From assembly GCA_021821785.1 (NCBI GenBank), contig JAKACD010000001.1, forward strand, positions 39,964 to 103,963: a stretch of 64,000 nt of DNA, given 5' to 3'. The DNA is from Thermoplasmata archaeon. Lineage in GTDB: Archaea > Thermoplasmatota > Thermoplasmata > Lutacidiplasmatales > UBA184. A program made the translations under genes and the position numbers. Position 1 is the stretch's first letter, and each line of letters starts with the position of its first letter. Below are positions 11,875-20,882 of the stretch, piece by piece. The notes below the pieces were generated by a model. The model did not search any database. It was given only the letters and a program-made list of their open reading frames with translations, and had not been told where the DNA came from.

Positions 11875-12055
11875 TTATAACGCTTGGCTTGGGCAGGAAA
11901 ATCGACCGTCGCCGGACCCCGGATTCGTTCCCCAAAACCGGCCCCCGGAGCGGACCCCGACCGGCGCGCGGACCACGGCCCGACCGACCCGCGGCGAGCC
12001 AACGGCGCGGCCGACAACGCCCTATAGTGGCGGCCTCCTGAGCACGCCGAGACCC

Positions 12056-12628
12056 ATGACCGACCGGGCGGCGGAGCATCCCGAAAAGGAGGTCCCCGGG
12101 CAGCCGGTCTCCCCCCCGTCCCCCGAGCCGGCAGAGCCGGGCGCGGAGGAGTGGGCGACCCGCTACAAGTACCTCCTCGCCGACTTTGAGAACTTCCGCC
12201 GGCGGGTCGAGCGGGAGCGGGAGGGCGTCAGCCGGCAGGTACGGGCGGGCATGCTACGGGAGCTCCTGCCGCTCTTCGAGGCGTTCCGCGCGGCGCGCGA
12301 GGCGCTCGCTCACCTCCCCACGGGAGATCCGGTCCGGAAGGGCCTCGAACTGCTCGATCGGGAGTGGTCGACGTTCTTCAAGCATGAAGGGGTCGCCCCG
12401 GTCACCGAGGCCGGGCGCCTGTTCCACGCGGACGAGGCCGAGGCGGTCGCCGAGGCGCCCGCCGACCCCACGCACCCGGCCGGCACGGTCGTCGAGGTCG
12501 TCCAGCAGGGATACCGCTTCTTTGGGGGGCTCTTGCGACCCGCGAAGGTCGTGGTCGCCCGCGCCCCACCGCCCCCCAACGTGCCCGTCCCGATTCCCGC
12601 CGAGAACCGCGATGTCGAGGAGAGCTGA
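12056..12628 (+). CDS. grpE: GrpE nucleotide exchange factor
   Basis: KYLLADFENFRRRVERERE...VEVVQQGYRF are GrpE motifs. No dnaK or dnaJ is adjacent. CCCTATAG lies about 30 nt upstream. Confidence 0.8.
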   Translation: MTDRAAEHPEKEVPGQPVSPPSPEPAEPGAEEWATRYKYLLADFENFRRRVEREREGVSRQVRAGMLRELLPLFEAFRAAREALAHLPTGDPVRKGLELLDREWSTFFKHEGVAPVTEAGRLFHADEAEAVAEAPADPTHPAGTVVEVVQQGYRFFGGLLRPAKVVVARAPPPPNVPVPIPAENRDVEES

Positions 12629-12634
12629 GCGAAG

Positions 12635-13939
12635 ATGCCGAAGTCGTCCGAGGTGCCGGGATTCTATCGACGCAGCATTGCCGAGCGACGAGAGTTCGTC
12701 CGGGAGTGGGCGGGCCTTTCCGAGGAGGAGGCCCGGGTCTACGACTTCCCTCCCGGGGTCGATCCCGGCGTCCTCGATCGCATGATCGAGAACGTCATCG
12801 GCGTGATGCCGCTCCCGCTCGGAATTGCGACGAACTTCACCATCAACGGGAAGGACTACCTCATTCCGATGGCGATCGAGGAGCCGAGCGTGGTCGCCGC
12901 GGCCTCGAACGCCGCGAAGGTCGCCCGCGCGGCCGGGGGGTTCCACGCCCAATCGACGGCCCCGGTGATGATCGGGCAGGTCCAGATCCTCCATGTCCCC
13001 GACCCCGCGGCGGCGCGACTGCGGATCCTTGACCAGAAGGAGGAGCTACTGGCGGCCGCGAACGCGAAGGACCCCGTGCTCGTGAAGTTCGGTGGCGGCG
13101 CGAAGGACCTCGAGGTCCGTCTCCTTCCGTCCCCGCGGGGCCTCATGCTCGTGGTCCACCTCTTGGTCGATGCCCGCGATGCGGGCGGGATGAACGCCGT
13201 CAACACGATGTGCGAGGCGCTCGCGCCCGAGTTCGCCCGGCTCGCCGGGGGCAAGGCCGTGCTTCGGATCATCTCCAACCTCGCGGTGCACCGGCTCGCT
13301 CGCGCCCGCGCGACGTTCCCCGCGAAGCTCCTCCACACCGACACCGCCTCCGGGGCCGAGGTCGTCGACGCGATCCTTGACGCCTACGCCTTCGCGGTCG
13401 CCGACCCGTTCCGCTGCGCGACGCACAACAAGGGGATCATGAACGGGATCTCGAGCGTCGTGATCGCCACCGGCAACGACTTCCGCGCGATCGAAAGCGG
13501 GGCGCACTCCTACGCGGCCTGGACGGCCCGGGAAGGGACGTCGGTGATCCGGCCGCTCTCGACCTACGAGAAGGACAAGGACGGGAACCTCGTCGGGACC
13601 ATCGAGTTCCCGGCGCCCGTCGGGCTGATCGGGGGCGCCACGGCGGTCCACCCGACCGCCAAAGCGAACGTCAAGGTCCTCGGCGTGAAAGGCGCCCGGG
13701 AACTGGGCGAGGTCCTCGCGGCGGTCGGTCTCGCCCAGAATTTTGCGGCTCTCCGGGCTCTCGCCACCGAAGGGATCCAACGCGGCCATATGGAGCTCCA
13801 CGCCCGGAACCTGGCCGCGAGCGCGGGGGCGAAGCCGGACGAGGTCGACCGGGTCGTCGCCCGGCTCCTCCAAGACCACCAGATCCGCTTCGACAAGGCG
13901 AAAGAGGCTCTCGAGGAGCTGCGGCGCGGCGGAGGATGA
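12635..13939 (+). CDS. hmgA: class II (NADH-type, MvaA-like) HMG-CoA reductase
   Basis: At 434 aa with EEPSVVAAASNAAK, DAGGMNAVNTM and GTIEFPAPVGLIGGAT it is class II HMGR. Thermoplasma and Archaeoglobus also carry this class. Confidence 0.88.
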   Translation: MPKSSEVPGFYRRSIAERREFVREWAGLSEEEARVYDFPPGVDPGVLDRMIENVIGVMPLPLGIATNFTINGKDYLIPMAIEEPSVVAAASNAAKVARAAGGFHAQSTAPVMIGQVQILHVPDPAAARLRILDQKEELLAAANAKDPVLVKFGGGAKDLEVRLLPSPRGLMLVVHLLVDARDAGGMNAVNTMCEALAPEFARLAGGKAVLRIISNLAVHRLARARATFPAKLLHTDTASGAEVVDAILDAYAFAVADPFRCATHNKGIMNGISSVVIATGNDFRAIESGAHSYAAWTAREGTSVIRPLSTYEKDKDGNLVGTIEFPAPVGLIGGATAVHPTAKANVKVLGVKGARELGEVLAAVGLAQNFAALRALATEGIQRGHMELHARNLAASAGAKPDEVDRVVARLLQDHQIRFDKAKEALEELRRGGG

Positions 13940-14532
13940 AGGTCGGCGTCCTTGCGCTCCAGGGGAACATCCCGGAGCACCTCGGCGCCCTAGGAGCCCT
14001 CCTGCCCCCGGGGGACCTCCTACCGGTGCGCTACCCCTCTGAGCTCGAGCGCGTGGAGGCGATCTTCCTGCCGGGCGGGGAGTCGACGACGATCGCGCGA
14101 CTGCTCCGCGGCGCCGGGCTCTGGAAGCCGCTCGCGCGCCGGCTCCAGGAGGGCCTCCCGACGCTCGCTACGTGCGCGGGCCTGATCTTGCTGGCCCGCA
14201 CGCTCGCGCCGAGCCCCGCCGGCCGGGATCCTCCGACCTTCGGGGTGCTCGACCTGGTCGTCCGTCGGAACGACTACGGGGCCCAACGCGAGTCGTTCGA
14301 GGGGCCGGTACGGATCGAGGGGCTGAAGGGGGGGGCGTTTCCCGGCGTCTTCATCCGGGCCCCGCGCATCCTCGAGGTGGGACCGGGAGCCGAACCGTTC
14401 GCTTGGCGGGACGCCGAGATCGTCGGGGCCCGCCACGGGACCATCTGGGGCACGACCTTCCACCCGGAGCTCTCGGGGGACCTGCGGCTCCACCGAATGT
14501 TCCTCGATCAGGTGCGCCGTCGGGCCCGCTAG
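13936..14532 (+). CDS. pdxT: pyridoxal 5'-phosphate synthase glutaminase subunit
   Basis: MKVGVLALQGNIPEHL...ATCAGLILLA...TTFHPEL carries the Cys-His triad context. It overlaps the hmgA stop by 4 nt (ATGA). No pdxS is adjacent. Confidence 0.82.
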   Translation: MKVGVLALQGNIPEHLGALGALLPPGDLLPVRYPSELERVEAIFLPGGESTTIARLLRGAGLWKPLARRLQEGLPTLATCAGLILLARTLAPSPAGRDPPTFGVLDLVVRRNDYGAQRESFEGPVRIEGLKGGAFPGVFIRAPRILEVGPGAEPFAWRDAEIVGARHGTIWGTTFHPELSGDLRLHRMFLDQVRRRAR

Positions 14533-14933
14533 CGGGTCACGATCGCGACGGCGAGGAGAGTCCCTAGGATCACCGCCCCGGCGAGGGCGACCCACCAGCG
14601 GGTCCGACGGGAGACCGTGCGCCAGCCTCCGAAGAAGATCGGTACCGGGCCGATAAGGACCAGTCCTCCGCCCCCGGCCAACGGCGCCGAGGGAGCCGCG
14701 ACGCCCGAGACGGGCTCGGTCGGGGGGAGCCCCGCTTCCGCGAAGAACCACGGGAGGGAGAGGAACCCGCCGAAGAGGAGTACGACCCCGAGGAAGAACT
14801 CCGCCGAGCTTCCGGTGACGACGGGGAGGACGACCACCACGAGGAGGCTCGCGCCGCCCCGCACGACCGCGTCCGCGATCGCCGCCGCGCCGGCGACGAG
14901 GAGACCGATCGGGACGAGCGAGACCCAGCGCAT
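14529..14933 (-). CDS. small hydrophobic membrane protein (hypothetical)
   Basis: 134 aa with three or four predicted TM segments. The end is convergent with pdxT. The call rests on composition alone. Confidence 0.4.
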   Translation of the reverse strand: MRWVSLVPIGLLVAGAAAIADAVVRGGASLLVVVVLPVVTGSSAEFFLGVVLLFGGFLSLPWFFAEAGLPPTEPVSGVAAPSAPLAGGGGLVLIGPVPIFFGGWRTVSRRTRWWVALAGAVILGTLLAVAIVTR

Positions 14934-14974
14934 ACGAGAACGGAGCGCGCTCCGAGGACTTCGGGCTTGCGGTC

Positions 14975-16015
14975 TCAGTGGTAGGTGTCGAAGCGGTACG
15001 GCTCGAGCGGCCGCTCCCCGAGCGCCATCAGGAACTCGGGCGGGGTGAGGACCGGCTTCGGGAAGTTCGGCCCGTCATCGAGGGCGATGCGGGGACAGGC
15101 GGTGTTGACGTATGCATCGAGGTCCCGTCCCTCGAGGTCGCGGGGGTCGAGGCGGTCGAACAGCAGCATCTCCGCGTCGCGACCGTGCGCTCGGGCCCGC
15201 CCCTGGAGCGCGAGCGCGGTCGGGGTGCGGTTCTGGCCCGCGAACGTCGAGACGAGGATCCCCCAGCGCCGGGCGTCGCGGGCCGCGGCGACCGCGAGGA
15301 GGCGACGACCGATGAGGGCGGCCCGGTCGATCGGCGGCTCGAGGCGGTTCTGGAGGGGGTCGATCGCCCAGACGGGTCGGTCGACCGCGAAGGCAAGGCC
15401 GAGCGGGTGGAAGCGACCGGTGCCGACGAACAGGAACGCCTCCACCTCCGACGCCACGGCCTCGGCGCTCGTGTAGTTGCACCCGAGCGCCTGGGCGGCG
15501 TACGCCAGGCGCCGATCCCCCCGACCGAAGCGCACGTCGAAGCCGCGGGCGGCGAGCGCGGCCGAGAGCGGTCCGGTCAGCCCGAGGTGCTGGACCGAGA
15601 AGACGAGCCCGAGCCGGCGCGGGATCGGCGCGGCCGCGATCGAGGCCGCGATCCGTTCGGGATCGCCTCCCGCTTCCCGCATCTCGACGAAGAAGGTGGT
15701 CCGCACGAGCGGGACGTTGGGGATCGGCGCATGCCCGAGCACAACCGCGACATCCGCGCGGGGCGCCTCGTCCCGCGAGGGAAAGTCGCAGGCCCCAAAG
15801 CAGGGGCGCGTGGCCAGCACGACGGGGGCCGTGACGGCGTCCCGGATCTGCGCGGTGAGCGCATGCGCGTTGCGCACCAGCCCGGCCGGAACCTGGAGGA
15901 CGATCCGCTCGGGCCGAGCGGTCCGGAGGGCGGCGAAGAGCTCGGGCCCGACGGTCGCGAAGACGCGGGCCTCGGGCCCGGCGAGCGGCCGGGAAGGAAG
16001 GGCGGCATCCACCAT
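14975..16015 (-). CDS. dph2: diphthamide biosynthesis enzyme Dph2 (2-(3-amino-3-carboxypropyl)histidine synthase)
   Basis: 346 aa with LGCNYTSAE, VGTGRFHPLG and NTACPRIALDD, the Dph2 Fe-S ligand regions. Confidence 0.8.
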   Translation of the reverse strand: MVDAALPSRPLAGPEARVFATVGPELFAALRTARPERIVLQVPAGLVRNAHALTAQIRDAVTAPVVLATRPCFGACDFPSRDEAPRADVAVVLGHAPIPNVPLVRTTFFVEMREAGGDPERIAASIAAAPIPRRLGLVFSVQHLGLTGPLSAALAARGFDVRFGRGDRRLAYAAQALGCNYTSAEAVASEVEAFLFVGTGRFHPLGLAFAVDRPVWAIDPLQNRLEPPIDRAALIGRRLLAVAAARDARRWGILVSTFAGQNRTPTALALQGRARAHGRDAEMLLFDRLDPRDLEGRDLDAYVNTACPRIALDDGPNFPKPVLTPPEFLMALGERPLEPYRFDTYH

Positions 16016-16042
16016 CGGTCCCTGAACGAGCGGGCGGGGGGG

Positions 16043-16489
16043 CTAAACGTTTGGGGAGGGCCGGACGACGCGATCGAGGAGCCGCTCGACCGCCGCTTGG
16101 TTGTCGGGAAAATGGAGCCGTCGGACCGCGTCCGCCGGGGAAACCCATTCCGCCCGGTCGTGCTCCGCGCTCAACCGGGGTTCGAACGCTCGGTCGACCT
16201 CGACCGCGTAGGCGTGGAGGCGCCAGGTCTCCCCATTGTCGGCCGGGAACGGCACGTGCCAGTCGAGCGGGAGGATGCGTCGGGGGGCGGTGAGGCCCGT
16301 CTCCTCGGTCAGCTCGCGGCGGAGGGCCGATTCGAAGTCGGCGTCGCCCGGGTCGACCTTGCCGCTGATCGGCACCCAGATCCGACCCCGCGCCGGCGGT
16401 CGTCGGAACAGCAATAGCTCGAGGGGCGGAGCCGCGAAGAGGTAGCCCTCGACGCACTCCCGGTCGATCCGCTCGGCCCCGACGGTCAC
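16043..16489 (-). CDS. NUDIX hydrolase
   Basis: The Nudix box is GKVDPGDADFESALRRELTEETGL. The GTG start at 16489 shares one nucleotide with the NAC stop (TAGTG), which suggests translational coupling. Confidence 0.72.
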   Translation of the reverse strand: MTVGAERIDRECVEGYLFAAPPLELLLFRRPPARGRIWVPISGKVDPGDADFESALRRELTEETGLTAPRRILPLDWHVPFPADNGETWRLHAYAVEVDRAFEPRLSAEHDRAEWVSPADAVRRLHFPDNQAAVERLLDRVVRPSPNV

Positions 16490-16887
16490 TACCCGCCCCG
16501 GCTCAGGATCTTGAGGATCGCTTCCGCAGGCTCTCCGCCGCTCAGGAAGAGCGCTTCGATGGCCTCTTCGCGGGAGACGTTCGCCTGCTCCATGACCAGC
16601 TGGATATCCTCCTCGGGCGGACCTGCCGGGGCCGCGGCGGCCGTGGACGGGACGCCCGTCGTCGGGGGCGCCGCCGACCGGGGACGGATCTCGGGGGTCC
16701 CGACGACCTGGTAGGTGCGGACCCCCTGGATCGTGAGGACCGTCACCTCCGGCTCGCGGAAGACGTGCTCCTGGGTCTTCGTCCGGACGATGACCTCCTC
16801 GACGCCCGGGACCTCTTCCGTCCGCATCCCGAGGCGACGCATCATCATCTCCATCTGGCGCTGGTTGCGGGGACCTCCGGGGATCAT
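16489..16887 (-). CDS. nac: nascent polypeptide-associated complex protein (archaeal aNAC with C-terminal UBA domain)
   Basis: MIPGGPRNQRQMEMMMRRLGMRTEEVPGVEEVIVRTK...EEDIQLVMEQANVSREEAIEALFLSGGEPAEAILKIL. A strong AGGAGG sits 4 nt upstream of the ATG at 16887. Confidence 0.9.
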   Translation of the reverse strand: MIPGGPRNQRQMEMMMRRLGMRTEEVPGVEEVIVRTKTQEHVFREPEVTVLTIQGVRTYQVVGTPEIRPRSAAPPTTGVPSTAAAAPAGPPEEDIQLVMEQANVSREEAIEALFLSGGEPAEAILKILSRGG

Positions 16888-16917
16888 CGTTCCTCCTTTC
16901 TTGGACACCGAGCGGCG

Positions 16918-18171
16918 CTACGATTCCTCTTCGTCCTTGCCCGTCGCAACGCGGAGCCGGCGCTCGAGATCCGGGTCGCCGCTCGAGGTCTCGTCCGACG
17001 CCCGGAGCGCCTCCGTCCGTGGCCGACGGCGGCTCCGGTTCTCCCGCACGCGACGGGTCTGGCCGGCGAGCTCCTCGAGAAGCCCCGCCACGCCGGCGAG
17101 CAGGTTCCAGCCCGTGTGCGACGCGTAGAAGATCCCCTGGTTCGTGTGGAGCCGCGCCTCGACCGTCAGGTCGCTCGTGCGGTGCATCGAGTGCGGGGCG
17201 AAATGGAGCGCCAGCAGGGTCGGCTGGACGTAACGCGCGACCCGGCGCAGCCCTCGGGCCACGACGTGGTCGATCTCGGCGAGAAGGGCCGGGTCGCCCG
17301 AGCCGCGCAGCCCGGTGATCTCCACGTAGACGTCCTCGACCCGGGCCTTGGAGGGCCGGCGGCGTGCCTGGCCCATGACGAAGTTCAGCAGATCGGCCTG
17401 GGTCAGGATCCCGACAGCGCGGCCGTCCTCCACCACGAACACGCTGGAGACGTTCTCCTCGACCATCCGCGTCGCGGCCGCGACCCAGGCGCTGCCGGTC
17501 GCCACCGTGACCGGGGGCGCGTGCATGATCGAGCCGACCTTGACCTCGAGCGCGGAGCGGGCCGCGCGTGCGTCGCGCTTCCCGCCGACCACCGGCTTCC
17601 AGAGGACCTTGCCGAGGTCGGCGACCCCGACCGCTCCGACCAGGCGGCCCTTGCGGTCGACCACCGGGAGAGGATGCTCCTCCAGGATCCGGAGCCGGCC
17701 GAGAAGGTTGCGGCAGAGCTCGTCCTCTCGCACGGCTTCGGTCGCCGAGGTCGCGAGGGCCTCCACGGTCGGCCCCGTGCGCGGGAGGAGCGAGGTCAGG
17801 CCGGGCAGTGCCCGTACGAGATCGCTGCGGCTGACGATCCCCAATAGCTCCCCTCGCCGGCCGACGACCGGGGCCGCCCGCAGGCCCGTGGCGAGCAGCT
17901 GCTCGGCGATCTCGAGGAACGGCGAGGACGGGGTGATGAGCGGCGGCAGCACCAGGAGGTGCTCGACCTTGGTGGCGAGCGAGCGGCTCGACCGACGGGC
18001 GATCGACTCGATCGTCACCATTCCGACGAGCCGGCCCCGTCGCAGGACGGGGATCTCGTGGAATCCCTTCGTCCGCATCAGGCCGAGGGCCTGCGATATC
18101 GGAGATTCCGGGGAGAGGGTCACCGGCCGCGCGCTCATCAGGTCGGTCGCCGAAGGCCAGGACGGAGACAT
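16918..18171 (-). CDS. protein with four CBS domains and a C-terminal HPF/YfiA-like (ribosome hibernation factor-like) domain
   Basis: There are four CBS repeats at about residues 12-265. The C-terminal 100 aa (VYVEITGLRGSGDPALLAEIDHVVARGLRRVARYVQPTLLALHF...LTVEARLHTNQGIFYASHTGWNLLAGVAGLLEELAGQTRRVRE) follows the beta-alpha-beta-beta-beta-alpha pattern of RaiA/HPF. TAAAG lies about 22 nt upstream of the ATG at 18171. An alternative start is at 18138. Confidence 0.65.
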   Translation of the reverse strand: MSPSWPSATDLMSARPVTLSPESPISQALGLMRTKGFHEIPVLRRGRLVGMVTIESIARRSSRSLATKVEHLLVLPPLITPSSPFLEIAEQLLATGLRAAPVVGRRGELLGIVSRSDLVRALPGLTSLLPRTGPTVEALATSATEAVREDELCRNLLGRLRILEEHPLPVVDRKGRLVGAVGVADLGKVLWKPVVGGKRDARAARSALEVKVGSIMHAPPVTVATGSAWVAAATRMVEENVSSVFVVEDGRAVGILTQADLLNFVMGQARRRPSKARVEDVYVEITGLRGSGDPALLAEIDHVVARGLRRVARYVQPTLLALHFAPHSMHRTSDLTVEARLHTNQGIFYASHTGWNLLAGVAGLLEELAGQTRRVRENRSRRRPRTEALRASDETSSGDPDLERRLRVATGKDEEES

Positions 18172-18224
18172 GGCCCGCCACCCGAGCGGGAGGCTTTAGC
18201 GACTACGGTTCGCCCGTCGCGGGT

Positions 18225-18683
18225 CTAGGGCAGTTCCCGGGCCATCTGGTAGCCGTTCTCTCCATCGGAATAGTATGCCCGCAAGAGGTCGATCACCGAG
18301 AACTGATAGCGGGTGTAGAAACGGATCGCCGTGGCGTTCGACACCCGGACCTCGAGCGTGACCCGGCGGAACGCGCGGGCGCGGCACCGGTCGAGGAACG
18401 TCGACATCAGCTGGGCGCCCACGCCGATCGTGCGGTGGGAGCGGTCGACCGCGAACATGAGGATGCGGGCCTCTCGCTCGACCTGGCTCACCCCGAGGAG
18501 GAAGCCGATCGGTGCATCGCTCGGATCGGCCGCGATGAGGAACCCGTTCGGCCATTCCGCGCTCAGGGACGCGTAGAGCGACGGGTCGTAGTGCTCCCGG
18601 AGGGCGTCCGCGACGATCGTCGCCACGAACGGCACGTCCGCGGGCCGGAACCCACGCAGGGTCACGGGCGGACGGATCTCCAC
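18225..18683 (-). CDS. GNAT-family N-acetyltransferase (RimI-like)
   Basis: VEIRPPVTLRGFRPADVPFVATIV...RTIGVGAQLMSTFLDRCRARAFRRVTLEVRVSNATAIRFYTRYQF is the GNAT motif A/B region. The GTG start at 18683 avoids overlap with the upstream gene. Confidence 0.7.
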   Translation of the reverse strand: MEIRPPVTLRGFRPADVPFVATIVADALREHYDPSLYASLSAEWPNGFLIAADPSDAPIGFLLGVSQVEREARILMFAVDRSHRTIGVGAQLMSTFLDRCRARAFRRVTLEVRVSNATAIRFYTRYQFSVIDLLRAYYSDGENGYQMARELP

Positions 18684-18714
18684 GAACGGGGAGAGGGACG
18701 GGTTGGGGGCCGTG

Positions 18715-19494
18715 TCAGCGATACATCTCACCCGGCCCTTCGAGCTCCGCCGCCCGCATGTTCGTCATCGACTCCCGCGTCTGCTCGAGCGTCTTCCGGA
18801 CCTCGGCCTCGATCTCGCGCGCCTTCTCGCGCAGCGGCTTCGTGTCCAGGATCAGCAGGGGCACGAGGGGGTTCACGGTCTCGATCACCTTGGCCGCGGC
18901 CCGGGCGTCCGGGTAATCCTTGTGCGCCTGGGCGATGAGGCAGAGGACCGGCGTCGTCCGTCCGATCGCGCCGAGGAGGAGCCCGCCGGCGAGGCCCGTC
19001 ACGACCCCGTTCGCGGCCGCGAACCGGTACTTCTCGAGCAGGGGCGCTGCCGCGCGGTTCGCCATCGCGACCACGCGCGCGTCCGCGTACGTCTCGTTCT
19101 CGATCGGTTGGCCCTCGATGGCGGTGACCAGCTGGATCCCCTTCGCCTCGGCCCAGTCGAGGAGGGCCCGGCCGAGGCCGTTCAGCATCGAGACCGGGGG
19201 CTGGATGTCGGAGATCACGACCACGATCTGATCGCAGGAGCGGTCGACGCCGCAGACGAGCTTGCTCGCGTAGAACCGGACCGGGGCGTTGACGATCCCC
19301 TCCTCCATGATCACGGTCGGCGGGAACTCCTCGCTGATCATGTAGGCGACCAACGTCATGTCGAGCGAGTGCACGAGGTAGGAGGCCGCCACCGACCCGA
19401 CCAGCCCGTGGGTCGGGAACCCGACGACCATCATCGCGCCCCGAAGCGATTCGTCGCGGGTATCGACGATGCGCACTTCGCCCGGTCCCCCCAT
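18715..19494 (-). CDS. PAC2-family proteasome assembly chaperone (PbaA/PbaB-like)
   Basis: MMVVGFPTHGLVGSVAASYLVHSLDMTLVAYM... matches the PAC2 N-terminal motif. Length is 259 aa. Confidence 0.7.
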   Translation of the reverse strand: MGGPGEVRIVDTRDESLRGAMMVVGFPTHGLVGSVAASYLVHSLDMTLVAYMISEEFPPTVIMEEGIVNAPVRFYASKLVCGVDRSCDQIVVVISDIQPPVSMLNGLGRALLDWAEAKGIQLVTAIEGQPIENETYADARVVAMANRAAAPLLEKYRFAAANGVVTGLAGGLLLGAIGRTTPVLCLIAQAHKDYPDARAAAKVIETVNPLVPLLILDTKPLREKAREIEAEVRKTLEQTRESMTNMRAAELEGPGEMYR

Positions 19495-19584
19495 GGGCCC
19501 CCGTTATCCGACCGGGGACCCAGCGTCCTCCCGTTGATACCGCTTTGGTCAGTCTCGAAGCCGGCGCGGCGGTACGGTCGCGAC

Positions 19585-19591
19585 CCTTAAG
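19585..19591 (+). promoter_or_regulatory. TATA-like CCTTAAG element about 32 nt upstream of the SQD1 start
   Basis: The same palindromic heptamer occurs upstream of tRNA-Val, metG, the dtxR-like gene and ilvE. Confidence 0.4.
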
Positions 19592-19622
19592 CGCCGCGGC
19601 CCCTGAGGGTACCGGGCGCCGC

Positions 19623-20876
19623 ATGAAGGTCCTTATCACGGGGGTCGACGGCTACTCCGGTTGGCCACTTGCCCTCCACCTACTCGCGCGCGGACACGAG
19701 GTCGTCGGTCTCGACAATTTCGTTACGCGCCGTCGGGTCCGGGAGGTCGGTAGCTGGTCGGCGACCCCGATCCCCTCGTTCCCCCGCCGGCAGGTCGCCG
19801 TCCGGGAGGTCCTCGGAAAGGAGCTCGTCTTCCACCGGGGAAGCCTGACCGACTGGGAGTTCGTCCGCAACGTCCTTTCGACCGAGCGGCCGGACGCGGT
19901 CGTGCACCTCGCCGAGCAGCGGAGCGCTCCGTACTCGATGATCGACGTGCACCATGCGGTGACGACCCAGGTAGAGAATCTCACCGGGACCCTCCACCTC
20001 CTCTACGGTCTCCGCGAGTGCTGTCCCGGGGCCCATCTCGTCAAGATGGGCACGATGGGCGAGTACGGCACCCCCAACACCGACATCCCGGAGGGATTCT
20101 TCGACGTCGAGTTCCGTGGTCGGAAGGACCATCTTCCGTTCCCCCGCCAGGCCGGTTCCTGGTATCACTGGAGCAAGGTCTTCGACTCGGGCGACGTGAT
20201 GTTCGCGACCCGCATCTGGGGGCTCCGGGCCACCGACGTGATGCAGGGGGTCATCTACGGTGTCCGGACCCCCGAGATCACCGACGATCGACTGCTCACC
20301 CGGTTCGATTTCGACGAGACCTGGGGCACCGCGCTCAACCGGTTCATCGCGCAGGCCGTCCTCGGCCTTCCGCTGACCCCGTACGGCAAGGGGGAGCAGA
20401 AACGGGGCTTCATCGCGCTCGAGGACTCGATGCAGTCGCTCACGATCGCGCTCGAGCACCCTCCCTCCCCCGGGGAATACCGGGTCTTCAACCAGTTCGA
20501 TGCGGCGTACTCCGTCAACGAGCTCGCCGAGCTCACGGCCCGGGTGGCGCGCGAATTTGGCCTGAACCCTACGATCGACCACCCGCCCGACCCGCGGGTG
20601 GAGGCGGAACAGCACTACTACCACCCGCTCCACGACCATCTCCTCGCGCTCGGCTACCACCGCACCCGCGAGCTCGAGGAGGTCGTCCGCGAGATCTTCC
20701 ACGACCTCCTCCGCTTCCGGCGGCGGCTCCAAGCCCGGCGCCATGTCGTCCTCCCGACGGTCCAGTGGCGGATGCCGGACAGCCGGCCTCTGCTCGCCGC
20801 GCGGCATCCCACCGCGCCTGCGCCACCCTCAGAGAACGCGCCCGAGTCCCCCCCGGCCGGGTCGCCGACGGCCTGA
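19623..20876 (+). CDS. agl3: UDP-sulfoquinovose synthase (SQD1/Agl3-like NAD-dependent epimerase/dehydratase)
   Basis: MKVLITGVDGYSGWPLALHLLARGHEVVGLDNFVTRRR... plus the characteristic large SQD1 insertions (HLVKMGTMGEYGTPN, SWYHWSKV). Length is 417 aa. Confidence 0.85.
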   Translation: MKVLITGVDGYSGWPLALHLLARGHEVVGLDNFVTRRRVREVGSWSATPIPSFPRRQVAVREVLGKELVFHRGSLTDWEFVRNVLSTERPDAVVHLAEQRSAPYSMIDVHHAVTTQVENLTGTLHLLYGLRECCPGAHLVKMGTMGEYGTPNTDIPEGFFDVEFRGRKDHLPFPRQAGSWYHWSKVFDSGDVMFATRIWGLRATDVMQGVIYGVRTPEITDDRLLTRFDFDETWGTALNRFIAQAVLGLPLTPYGKGEQKRGFIALEDSMQSLTIALEHPPSPGEYRVFNQFDAAYSVNELAELTARVAREFGLNPTIDHPPDPRVEAEQHYYHPLHDHLLALGYHRTRELEEVVREIFHDLLRFRRRLQARRHVVLPTVQWRMPDSRPLLAARHPTAPAPPSENAPESPPAGSPTA

Positions 20877-20882
20877 CCGGAT

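Noticed and set aside
16043-18181. A single 712-aa ORF covering the NUDIX, NAC and CBS gene region
   Set aside because: It is an alternate frame across the NAC and CBS genes. Only the C-terminal 148 codons (NUDIX box) are credible, starting at GTG 16489.
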